This document shows, piece by piece, positions 9,644-17,883 of a DNA stretch of 28,564 nt (its first letter is position 1; each line of letters starts with the position of its first letter). The DNA is from Elusimicrobiota bacterium (GTDB taxonomy: Bacteria > CG03 > SLGR01 > JAGXOG01): NCBI GenBank assembly GCA_051745145.1, contig JBNJDT010000017.1, positions 1 to 28,564 on the forward strand, in the 5' to 3' direction. The position numbers and the translations under genes were made by a program. A model generated the notes under the pieces. It was not told the DNA's origin, did no database searches, and saw only the letters and a list, made by a program, of their open reading frames with translations.

Positions 9644-9885
9644 AAGAGTTAGTAATTCAGATAGTTAAAAATTTGGTAGATAACCCGGAAGAAGTGGATG
9701 CCAGGGAAGTTGAGGGTGAACAGACAACAATTATAGAAATTACTACTAATCCCGACGATATAGGGAAAGTTATCGGGAGAAGAGGTAGAACTATTAAATC
9801 TATACGGACACTCATAAATGCCGCCGCGGTTCGTCAGGGTAAAAGAGTAACCGTGGAAATAGTCGAACCCGAAGACCAGGAATAA
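9640..9885 (+). CDS. khpA: KH-domain RNA-binding protein KhpA (UPF0109)
   Basis: MKELV..IVK.LVDNP, DIGKVIGRRGRTIKSIR GxxG loop; follows rpsP. Confidence 0.93.
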   Translation: MKELVIQIVKNLVDNPEEVDAREVEGEQTTIIEITTNPDDIGKVIGRRGRTIKSIRTLINAAAVRQGKRVTVEIVEPEDQE

Positions 9886-9907
9886 AACTTAAGTAAAAAG
9901 AGAATAT

Positions 9908-9974
9908 AAGAGCCCCTTTTTTTTTAACTGTACTTGGATATATCCGGGTATAAATAAAAAAGGGGCTTTTTTTT
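9908..9974 (+). terminator. Long stem-loop with U-tract between khpA and trmD (terminator/attenuator-like)
   Basis: AGCCCCTTTTTT (9911-9922) pairs with AAAAAAGGGGCT (9956-9967). Inner TACTTGGA/TCCGGGTA stem has a TATA loop. T8 run at 9967-9974. Confidence 0.7.
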
Positions 9975-9978
9975 AATA

Positions 9979-10605
9979 TTGAAAAAAATAAATATATTGA
10001 CAATATTTCCCCGCCCGGTAGAGAATTTTACTGAAGTCGGTATATTAAATCAGGCGTTTAAAAAAGGAAAAGTAACTTATAACGTAGTAAATATACGAGA
10101 TTTTTCTGAGGATAAACACAGAAAAGTTGATGACAAGCCATACGGCGGCGGGCCGGGTATGGTTATAAAAGCGCCACCGGTAGTTAGAGCCCTGGAAAGT
10201 ATAGAAAATCCGGGCACAAAAATTTTGCTATCCCCGGGAGGCGAAGAATTTAATCAGTCTACTGCTGAAGAATTTATAGATAAAAATTTTACTTTAATAT
10301 GCGGAAGGTACGCGGGGATAGACCAGAGAGTAAAAAAATATATAGACAGAATTATTTCCACGGGAAAATATATAGTGTCCGGGGGAGAATTACCGGCTCT
10401 ATTGTTTACAGAGGCGGTTATTAGGTTAATACCCGGAGTTTTAGGAGATAAAAAGTCTTTAGAAGAAGATAAAGGTTACCCATTGTATACCCGGCCCCGG
10501 GAATTCAGGGGAGAAAAAGTTCCCCCTGTTTTACTTTCGGGTAATCACGAAAAGATAAAAAAGTTTAGAGAACGGGAGGCCAGTTATGGTAAATATAATA
10601 GATGA
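9979..10605 (+). CDS. trmD: tRNA (guanine-37-N1)-methyltransferase
   Basis: [67 protein letters not shown] start. Confidence 0.93.
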   Translation: MKKINILTIFPRPVENFTEVGILNQAFKKGKVTYNVVNIRDFSEDKHRKVDDKPYGGGPGMVIKAPPVVRALESIENPGTKILLSPGGEEFNQSTAEEFIDKNFTLICGRYAGIDQRVKKYIDRIISTGKYIVSGGELPALLFTEAVIRLIPGVLGDKKSLEEDKGYPLYTRPREFRGEKVPPVLLSGNHEKIKKFREREASYGKYNR

Positions 10606-10921
10606 GCAACTCAGGAAAGATATACCGGATTTTAATCCGGGCGATGAGATAGAAGTTATTTTTAAAGTGGGAAAAGATCACCAAAGAACTCAGGCGTTCA
10701 GAGGTGTTGTAATCTCTTATTCGGGAGAGGGAATAGATAAAACTTTTACTGTTCGCAAACAGTCCTTTGGAGTGGGAGTGGAAAAAATTTTCCCCTATCA
10801 TTCTCCACTGATTGAGGAGATTAAAGTCTTGAGAAAAGGTAAAGTAAGAAGATCTAAGCTTTATTATTTAAGAGAGAAATACGGTAAAGCGGCAAAAATT
10901 AAGGAAAAAACGGACTATTAA
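10586..10921 (+). CDS. rplS: 50S ribosomal protein L19
   Basis: [58 protein letters not shown]. Confidence 0.97.
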   Translation: MVNIIDEQLRKDIPDFNPGDEIEVIFKVGKDHQRTQAFRGVVISYSGEGIDKTFTVRKQSFGVGVEKIFPYHSPLIEEIKVLRKGKVRRSKLYYLREKYGKAAKIKEKTDY

Positions 10922-11270
10922 ATCCGACAATGTATCCAAGGGCCGGCGCGGTGAAGATTTAGCGGTAAAATATCTTAAAAATAAAGATTATTATATTTTA
11001 GATCGCAACTGGCGTTGCCCCGTGGGGGAATTGGATATAGTAGCGAGAAATAATTCTTACCTCTGTTTTATCGAAGTAAAGTACAGGAAAAGTGATAATT
11101 ACGGATTACCCAGAGAAGCCGTAAATAGATCAAAAAAAAATAAGATAGTTAAACTGGCCAAATTGTATATAGCAAATTCCGGGCTTGACGGGATGGATGT
11201 CAGGTTTGATGTAATTGAAGTAACAGACCAAAAAATAGAACACATCCGGAATGCTTTCCAGGAAAATTAA
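10917..11270 (+). CDS. yraN: YraN family (UPF0102) nuclease; true start lies upstream of the called GTG, probably ATT at 10917
   Basis: In-frame extension from 10923 reads [48 protein letters not shown]...RFDV, the complete YraN signature. There is no ATG/GTG/TTG between the upstream stop (10869-10871) and 11022. Confidence 0.85.
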   Translation: MKSDNVSKGRRGEDLAVKYLKNKDYYILDRNWRCPVGELDIVARNNSYLCFIEVKYRKSDNYGLPREAVNRSKKNKIVKLAKLYIANSGLDGMDVRFDVIEVTDQKIEHIRNAFQEN

Positions 11271-11335
11271 AAAACTACCGACCTTAAATTAAATTTATTT
11301 TCCAGTACAAAAAGCAAAAAAAATAACAAATAAAA

Positions 11336-11365
11336 TTGACAGTATTAGACTATATTTGCTAAAAA
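11336..11365 (+). promoter_or_regulatory. Putative sigma70 promoter for comM (possible leaderless transcript)
   Basis: TTGACA 11336-11341, then TGcTAAAAA (imperfect -10, 11360-11365) after 18 nt. A-rich UP-like tract upstream. ATG at 11372 has no SD. Confidence 0.5.
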
Positions 11366-11371
11366 TAAAAT

Positions 11372-12904
11372 ATGGGAATTAGTATAGGCAAAAGTTTTAC
11401 GGTAATGGGGATAGACGCTTATCCGGTAACTGTAGAAGTCGATATCGGAAAAGGCTTACCTTCTTATTCTACGGTAGGGCTTCCCGATAAAGCGGTACTA
11501 GAAAGTAAAAACCGGATCAATGCTGCTATAAAAAATTCAGGGTATAAGTTTCCCGTAAAAAAAATAACTGTAAATTTAGCACCTGCCGATGTGAAAAAAG
11601 AAGGGTCCGCTTTTGACTTTCCCATAGCTTTGGGTATACTTGCCGCCTCCGGGTTTATAGAGGACAAGGAAAAACTTAAAAAAATTGTTTGTGTGGGAGA
11701 ATTGTCTTTAAACGGAAATTTGCGAAAAGTTTGTGGGGCTCTTTCTATGGCCTTAAAAATTAAAGACGGCGGATTTGAGGAGATTTTATTACCCGAGGCT
11801 AACGCCAGAGAGGCTGCAGTGGTGGACGGGTTGAAAGTGATACCGGTAAATAATTTACTTCAGGCCGTAAAATATCTAAATCGCGAACAGAATATCCCGC
11901 CGGTTAAAATTAATCTGAAAAAAGAATTTGAAACAAATAAAAGCTATCCTTTTGATTTCAGTGATATAAAAGGGCAGTTTTTTGCTAAGAGGGCGCTGGA
12001 AGTCGCGGCGGCCGGCGGACACAATATATTAATGATGGGCCCGCCGGGATCGGGGAAAACAATGATGGCCAAAAGAATGGTAACCATACTTCCGCCGCTA
12101 ACGGTAAGTGAAGCCATAGAAGTTACCCGTATAAAATCTGTTGCCGGTCAACTTGAACCCGATCAGGGTATAAAAGCCACCCGGCCTTTTCGGGCGCCCC
12201 ATCACACTATAAGCGATGTAGCCCTGGTCGGGGGAGGAAGTATTCCCCAGCCGGGAGAAATTTCACTTGCTCACCGGGGAGTTCTTTTTTTAGATGAATT
12301 TCCGGAATTCAAACGGAAGGTAATAGAAGTAGTACGTCAGCCCCTTGAAGGGGGAAGCATAACGATATCCCGGGCCGCCCAGACAGTAAAGTATCCTGCT
12401 GATTTTATGCTTGTTGCCGCTATGAATCCCTGTCCGTGCGGGTTTTACGAAGTACCCGGGAAAGAATGTAACTGTACTTTAAACCGGGTAAAAAAATACA
12501 GGAATAAAATTTCGGGGCCAATTATGGACCGTATAGATATACATATAGAAGTACCCCGGGTAAAGAAAAAGCATATCCGGGAAGATAAAAATTCCGCAGA
12601 ACGGTCCGCGAAGATTCGAAAGAGGGTGGTAAAGGCCAGGGCTATACAGTCGGAAAGATTTAAAGATATGCCCCAGATTTATTCTAACAGCGATATTCGC
12701 CCAAAGAATATTCGAAAATTATGCCGCCCCACCGGAGAAGCCGGGGAGCTATTGGCTAAGGCATTGGATTTATACGGGATGTCCGCACGGGGGTACAATA
12801 AAATACTGAAAGTAGCTAGAACAATCGCGGATTTAGAAGCCCGGGAAAGGGTGGAAAGCAGCAGTATTCAGGAAGCTTTGCAGTACAGGACTGCAGTCAG
12901 TTAA
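11372..12904 (+). CDS. comM: ComM/YifB Mg-chelatase-like AAA+ ATPase
   Basis: VGLPDKAV.ES..R, ITVNLAPAD..KEG..FD, GELSL.G, AAAGGHN, GPPGSGKT, RPFRAPHH, GEISLAHRGVLFLDE, AMNPCPCG, SGP..DRID, SARG...ILKVARTIADL. Confidence 0.95.
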   Translation: MGISIGKSFTVMGIDAYPVTVEVDIGKGLPSYSTVGLPDKAVLESKNRINAAIKNSGYKFPVKKITVNLAPADVKKEGSAFDFPIALGILAASGFIEDKEKLKKIVCVGELSLNGNLRKVCGALSMALKIKDGGFEEILLPEANAREAAVVDGLKVIPVNNLLQAVKYLNREQNIPPVKINLKKEFETNKSYPFDFSDIKGQFFAKRALEVAAAGGHNILMMGPPGSGKTMMAKRMVTILPPLTVSEAIEVTRIKSVAGQLEPDQGIKATRPFRAPHHTISDVALVGGGSIPQPGEISLAHRGVLFLDEFPEFKRKVIEVVRQPLEGGSITISRAAQTVKYPADFMLVAAMNPCPCGFYEVPGKECNCTLNRVKKYRNKISGPIMDRIDIHIEVPRVKKKHIREDKNSAERSAKIRKRVVKARAIQSERFKDMPQIYSNSDIRPKNIRKLCRPTGEAGELLAKALDLYGMSARGYNKILKVARTIADLEARERVESSSIQEALQYRTAVS

Positions 12905-12943
12905 AGAAGTTAGTTTAATATATTTTAAAAGGAGAGAAAAATT

Positions 12944-13270
12944 ATGAGTAATTGTACTATAGAGGATTTTGGTAAATTAGATATAAAAGTGGGGACCGTA
13001 AAACAAGTTGAAAAAGTTGAAAATACGCGGAATCTCCTAAAATTAGAAGTGGATATCGGAGAGGAAAAACGGACCTTAGTGGCCGGACTGGCATCTACTC
13101 ACGCTCCCGAAGATTTAATGGATAAACAGGTGCCTGTACTTGTTAATTTAGAGGCAAAAGAAATAATGGGAGTTGAAAGTCACGGTATGCTGCTTGCAGC
13201 TGATATGGATGGAGAAGCTGTATTGCTTCATCCTGAAAAAAAAGTAAAATCCGGAGCTAAAATAAGATGA
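12944..13270 (+). CDS. Stand-alone tRNA-binding OB-fold protein (MetRS C-terminal/Trbp111/CsaA family)
   Basis: IEDFGKLDIKVG, LLKLEVDIG.E.RTLVAG, LVNL....IMGVESHGMLLAA; AAGGAG SD. Confidence 0.9.
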   Translation: MSNCTIEDFGKLDIKVGTVKQVEKVENTRNLLKLEVDIGEEKRTLVAGLASTHAPEDLMDKQVPVLVNLEAKEIMGVESHGMLLAADMDGEAVLLHPEKKVKSGAKIR

Positions 13271-13297
13271 TTAAATACGGTAAAATAAATTAAAAAT

Positions 13298-15268
13298 ATG
13301 GATTTAAAAAAAATCCGACATAATTTAAAATACTGGGTATTTGTATCCTGGTCTGTTGTGATTTTATATGCTTATTTTTCTATTATGACTCTTCCCAAGG
13401 TCGATTTTATATTTTCTATTTTAAGCTGGAGCGCTCTTATGCTTACGGCAATTGGCCTGGGGGTCAAAGTAAAGAAAATTTTTAAAGTTGATACGGTAAC
13501 TTTTTTAGAAAATTTGTGTGTGACTTTAGGTCTGGGGCTGGGGGTATTTCAGGTCTTATTTATATTCCTGGGACTACTCGGCCTGTATCAAACTATTTAC
13601 ATATGGTCTTTACTGTTTTTTATTGGACTTATTACCTGGAAAAATATCTATAATTGGTTGAAAAATGTAAAAGATATGTGGGACCAGCACTCGGGAAACC
13701 GATTTTCTTTTATAGGAGCTACTTTTTTAATTATTCTGGTTGTAGGCCTGGCCATAATGTTTTTGAGCAGTTTCCAGCCCCCCTTACAGGAGTATAGCCT
13801 GGCGGTTTCTCTGGGAACAGCTAAAAGATATGTCGTAAACGGGAAAATTACTTCTTTTTTTTACAATTATTCTTCTGCCCTGTCTCCAGGAATGACTGTT
13901 TTTTATACCGCCGGACTTCTTTTGCATGGGCCGGCTACCGCCCGCTTAATAACCTTTTTATTTTTACTTTTAAGCGCCACGGGAATATACTCCATGACCC
14001 GCAAATATTTTCACCGTAAAATTGCCCTGTTCGGGGTAGCTATAACTATTACGACACCGGTAATATTTAAATTTTATGTATTAGACCACTACTTTATTGG
14101 AAGTATGTTTTTTAGTTTTATGGCTCTTTATAGTTATATATCGTGGAGTTCGCGTAATATACAAGATACCGCATCCAAAAACGGGTGGTTAATTCTATCG
14201 GGCCTGTTTACTGCTTTTGCCCTGTCCAGCGGACTTTATGTTATGATTATCCCCATGGTTATTATAATTATGGTATTGGGTAAGATTTATAAAGATGATC
14301 CGGAGCGGGATCCCCAGGAAATTGCCCGTATTACATCCTATTATATAATACCGCTGGTGGCCGTTTTAATACCGGTTGGAGTAAAAAATTTAGTAAGTAC
14401 CGGTAATCCTATATTCCCGTTTTTTTCCCAGGAGATCGGGGCTGATGTGAGTTTTTTAATTGGAGAGGGCAAAAAGAGTTTATGGGGATATATCTTACCC
14501 TTATGGTATTTACCTTTTAAAAATAGTTTAAGTATAAAAAACGTCTACTATTTGGGCCTGCCGTTTATTGTCTTTTTACCCGGCGTATTTTTGATAAAAG
14601 AGATAGGCAATACAATAAAATTATTACTGTTATATACCGGTCTGTATTTACTTATTTTTATTTTTGCCGGACGAAAAATAATGTATATATATGTTCTCAT
14701 ACCCGTATTGAGCATAATAACTTCTTATATAGTGGTGAATCTTTACGGACTTAAAAAATATTTTTACAATTTTATTATTACGGTATTTATTATCACGCTG
14801 GGGATGAATTTCTATTTTATATGGTCCCAGACCGGAGTATTAAATAAACTGGTTCAGTATTTTGGGTATTGTAACAGTCAAACTTCTGAAGAATACGCAA
14901 GAGATAATGTAGCCGGTTACGGGGCAATGGAGTATTTAAACCGGGAAACTCCGAAAGATTCCCTGGTGCTTTTACTGGGGGAGAACCGGACATTTTATAT
15001 TGACCGCAAAGTAATTCCCGACGGTAAATATAGCGTGCCGCCTTTTGTAGATATAATAAAAGGGAAAACCAGTCCTTATCAGGCCTACGGAGAGTTAAAG
15101 GAAAATGATATAGATTATATTATGTGTAACCAGAAAGAACTTGATAAATTAAAAAGATATCATCAGGATATCTGGAACGCCGGAATTGATAATATATTTA
15201 GACTTTTAAAGGAAAATTTTTTAGAATTAAAATACAATGTAGATGGGTACTGTATATATGAGTTATAA
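13298..15268 (+). CDS. Polytopic membrane protein, probable GT-C fold glycosyltransferase (ArnT/PMT-like)
   Basis: Many TM helices, KN...TGNPIFPFF motif, and a C-terminal soluble domain YLNRETP.DS.VLLLGE.R.FY...IDYI typical of GT-C proteins. Confidence 0.6.
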   Translation: MDLKKIRHNLKYWVFVSWSVVILYAYFSIMTLPKVDFIFSILSWSALMLTAIGLGVKVKKIFKVDTVTFLENLCVTLGLGLGVFQVLFIFLGLLGLYQTIYIWSLLFFIGLITWKNIYNWLKNVKDMWDQHSGNRFSFIGATFLIILVVGLAIMFLSSFQPPLQEYSLAVSLGTAKRYVVNGKITSFFYNYSSALSPGMTVFYTAGLLLHGPATARLITFLFLLLSATGIYSMTRKYFHRKIALFGVAITITTPVIFKFYVLDHYFIGSMFFSFMALYSYISWSSRNIQDTASKNGWLILSGLFTAFALSSGLYVMIIPMVIIIMVLGKIYKDDPERDPQEIARITSYYIIPLVAVLIPVGVKNLVSTGNPIFPFFSQEIGADVSFLIGEGKKSLWGYILPLWYLPFKNSLSIKNVYYLGLPFIVFLPGVFLIKEIGNTIKLLLLYTGLYLLIFIFAGRKIMYIYVLIPVLSIITSYIVVNLYGLKKYFYNFIITVFIITLGMNFYFIWSQTGVLNKLVQYFGYCNSQTSEEYARDNVAGYGAMEYLNRETPKDSLVLLLGENRTFYIDRKVIPDGKYSVPPFVDIIKGKTSPYQAYGELKENDIDYIMCNQKELDKLKRYHQDIWNAGIDNIFRLLKENFLELKYNVDGYCIYEL

Positions 15269-15689
15269 GGATAAGTTTAAAAAAAGATTGGAAAGCGGCT
15301 TTCCGTTTGTTACAGTTGACGGCCTTGTTATAAAAGATGGTCGGGTTCTTTTAATTAAACGTAAAAATCCTCCAGAGGGCTGGGCTTTGCCCGGAGGTTT
15401 TGTGGAGAAGGGGGAAACTTTAGAAGAGGCAGTCATCCGGGAAGTAAAAGAAGAAACCGGACTTAATTTTAAGTATATAAAACAGTTTAAAGCTTATTCG
15501 GATCCTGAAAGAGATCCCCGGTTCCATACAATTTCGGTAGTATATTCGGGAATAACCGGCGGGAATCCGGTAGCTTCCAGCGATGCAAAAGACGCAAAAT
15601 TTTATCCCGTTGATAATTTACCGGAAAATATTGCTTTTGATCACGGGCGGATAATAAAAGAATATAAAGAGGAGAAGAATAACCGGTGA
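15258..15689 (+). CDS. Nudix hydrolase (ADP-ribose pyrophosphatase-like)
   Basis: Nudix box WALPGGFVEKGETLEEAVIREVKEETGL, YSDPERDPR.HTIS, AFDH. The start could be 15243 or 15258. Confidence 0.92.
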   Translation: MSYKDKFKKRLESGFPFVTVDGLVIKDGRVLLIKRKNPPEGWALPGGFVEKGETLEEAVIREVKEETGLNFKYIKQFKAYSDPERDPRFHTISVVYSGITGGNPVASSDAKDAKFYPVDNLPENIAFDHGRIIKEYKEEKNNR

Positions 15690-16822
15690 AAAACGTTTAT
15701 ATAAAAGGTGTGGGCATGACTAAATTCGGCAGGCGCAACAAATCCCTTATAAATTTAATGGAGGATGCCGCCAGTGAGGCCTTAAAAGACGGAAACCGGG
15801 AAGATGTTGACGCTCTTTATATAGGAGCAATGAATCCCGAAGAATTTTCTAATGACTCCAACATTGCTTCTGTTATTGCCGACCGGCTGGATCTGGTACC
15901 CGTGCCGGCTACCCGGATAGAGACAGCTTCTTCATCGGGGGCTGCTGCTTTTGATGAGGCTATTTATGCTGTGGCTTCCGGTTATTTTGATTCTGTGCTG
16001 GCCATTGCCGGGGAAAAGATGACCGGGGTAACTACTCCCGAGGCCTCCCGCATACTGGCCGAAGTTATAGCTCCCGAAGAACGAAAATACGGGGCTACCA
16101 TGCCGTCTATGGCGGCCATGATTACCAGAAGATATATGCATGAGTACGGGATGAAAGAAAAAGATTTTGCCCAGGTGGCGGTAAAAAATCATTATAATGC
16201 CAAGGATAGCCCTTACGCCCAGTTTAATAAAGAAATAACAGTTGAAGATGTGTTAAATTCCAAGGTAATATCCGATCCCTTAAAGCTTTTTGACTGTTCG
16301 CCCATATCCGACGGTGCCGCAAGTATTTTAATTACTTCGGAAAAAGCCGGCGTAAAATTAAAGGGTTTAGGACAGGGCTCGGAACATATTCAGGTTACCC
16401 GCCGGAAGAGTTTTACCTCTTTTGCTTCCACTAAACGGGCAGCTTCTAAGGCCTATGAAATTGCCGGACTGGGACCGGAAGATATTGATTTTGCCGAACT
16501 TCACGATGCCTTTACTCCTTTTGAGATAATTGGGATGGAGGATGTCGGTTTTGCCCCACCGGGCAGGGGGTGGCTGGCGGTAAAAAAAGGTGAAACCCGA
16601 AGAACAGGTCGAATTCCCGTGAACCCCTCCGGAGGTTTAAAAGCCAGGGGCCATCCCGTGGGTGCTTCAGGGTTGGCCCAGGTAGTTGAAGCAACCTGGC
16701 AACTTAGAGGAGAAGCAGAAGATCGTCAAATAGATAGGCCGTTAAAATACGGTTTAACCCAGTCGATCGGAGGGCTGGCCACTAATAATATGGTTATAAT
16801 ATTAGAGGCTGTAAACCGATGA
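15686..16822 (+). CDS. SCP2/archaeal-type thiolase-family protein lacking both catalytic cysteines
   Basis: GVGMTKFG, VAVKNH.NA..SPYAQF, DCSPISDGA, ELHDAFT, VNPSGGLKARGHPVGASG. Nucleophile site reads ETASSSG. Confidence 0.9.
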   Translation: MKNVYIKGVGMTKFGRRNKSLINLMEDAASEALKDGNREDVDALYIGAMNPEEFSNDSNIASVIADRLDLVPVPATRIETASSSGAAAFDEAIYAVASGYFDSVLAIAGEKMTGVTTPEASRILAEVIAPEERKYGATMPSMAAMITRRYMHEYGMKEKDFAQVAVKNHYNAKDSPYAQFNKEITVEDVLNSKVISDPLKLFDCSPISDGAASILITSEKAGVKLKGLGQGSEHIQVTRRKSFTSFASTKRAASKAYEIAGLGPEDIDFAELHDAFTPFEIIGMEDVGFAPPGRGWLAVKKGETRRTGRIPVNPSGGLKARGHPVGASGLAQVVEATWQLRGEAEDRQIDRPLKYGLTQSIGGLATNNMVIILEAVNR

Positions 16823-17037
16823 GAAAAGGAAAGATAATTACCTATACTACCTTAAATACTCCCCCTAAAGGTTTTGACGGTCCCCTGAACTTATGCGTGG
16901 TGGAGACCGGGGAAGGACTTATACTTGCCCATGCGGAAAATAGAGAATTGCTGAAAATTAGCAGAAGGGTAAAGATTGAAAAAGTCGGCGATCTTTTTTT
17001 GGCCCGCAAACTAAAACTACTGGATTATTTTAAATAA
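16819..17037 (+). CDS. DUF35-type OB-fold protein without the N-terminal zinc ribbon
   Basis: GKIITYTTL..PP.GF..P..LCVVE..EG matches the DUF35 OB-domain pattern. Overlaps the thiolase by ATGA. Confidence 0.7.
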   Translation: MRKGKIITYTTLNTPPKGFDGPLNLCVVETGEGLILAHAENRELLKISRRVKIEKVGDLFLARKLKLLDYFK

Positions 17038-17054
17038 AGGCCGGCTGCTAAAAT

Positions 17055-17091
17055 AAAAAATGCGCCGGCATTGGGGGGAATACCGGCGCGT
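17055..17091 (-). terminator. Intrinsic terminator of the minus-strand operon
   Basis: On the - strand, GCGCCGGTATT-CCCCCC-AATGCCGGCGC is followed by a T-run (A-run at 17055-17060 on +), about 30 nt after the phosphorylase stop. Confidence 0.8.
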
Positions 17092-17121
17092 AAAATACAT
17101 CTTTATATTATTATAATAATA

Positions 17122-17865
17122 CTAATTTTTGTTGTCAAGTATCTTAACTGCTTCTATAGCAGTCTGTATAGCTTCATCCACCCCCACTTTCTTTTCAATA
17201 GGAGCATCTTTGTAGGTTTTACCTATTATAGCCAAGACTTCTCCCGCTTTTTTGCGTTTTAGGTGGGATATGATAAATAGCGCGGAGCTTTCCATAGAAG
17301 TTGCCAGGACCCTGGATTTGTACCAGGCTTCCCATTTTTCCTCGTTTTCTTTAGCCAGGGGCAGTTCGTTGTTACCTTCGGTGTAGAAAGCGTCTTTACA
17401 GTGAACTATTCCCGGGTGTGAACTGATTCCCAGTTTTTCAGAAGCTTCTACCAGGGCGTTAGTAACGTCCAAATCGGCAACTGCCGGATAGGACAGGGGA
17501 ACGTACTGCCGGGTGGTTCCCTCTTCTCTTACAGCCGATGTGGAAATAACTACATCGCCAAGATCTACTTCTTTTTGCAGCGATCCGGCTGTTCCCACAC
17601 GGATAAATACCTCTCCCCCCACCTTTGCAAGTTCTTCAACGCATATAGCCGTAGAGGGACAACCTATACCCGTGGAAGTGGCGGAAATCTTTATTCCGTC
17701 CACGGTTCCGGTAAAAGTACGGTATTCCCGGTTGAAAGCTACTTCTTTTGACTGATCGAAGTAATTAGCTATTTTTTCCACTCTTCCGGGATCTCCGGGA
17801 AGAAGCACATATTTTCCAATATCTCCTTTTTTTAAACCAACGTGATACTCTACTGATTTGTCCAT
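17122..17865 (-). CDS. Uridine phosphorylase-like nucleoside phosphorylase (NP-I family)
   Basis: YHVGL, LPGDPGRV, NREYR, STGIGCPSTAI..EEL, FIRVGTAG, EGTT..Y, MESS. Base-binding residues are atypical. Confidence 0.88.
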   Translation of the reverse strand: MDKSVEYHVGLKKGDIGKYVLLPGDPGRVEKIANYFDQSKEVAFNREYRTFTGTVDGIKISATSTGIGCPSTAICVEELAKVGGEVFIRVGTAGSLQKEVDLGDVVISTSAVREEGTTRQYVPLSYPAVADLDVTNALVEASEKLGISSHPGIVHCKDAFYTEGNNELPLAKENEEKWEAWYKSRVLATSMESSALFIISHLKRKKAGEVLAIIGKTYKDAPIEKKVGVDEAIQTAIEAVKILDNKN

Positions 17866-17883
17866 TGTAATATTCCTTTCTTA

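Noticed and set aside
17071..17262. 63-aa + strand ORF
   Set aside because: It starts inside the terminator hairpin and is antisense to the phosphorylase gene.
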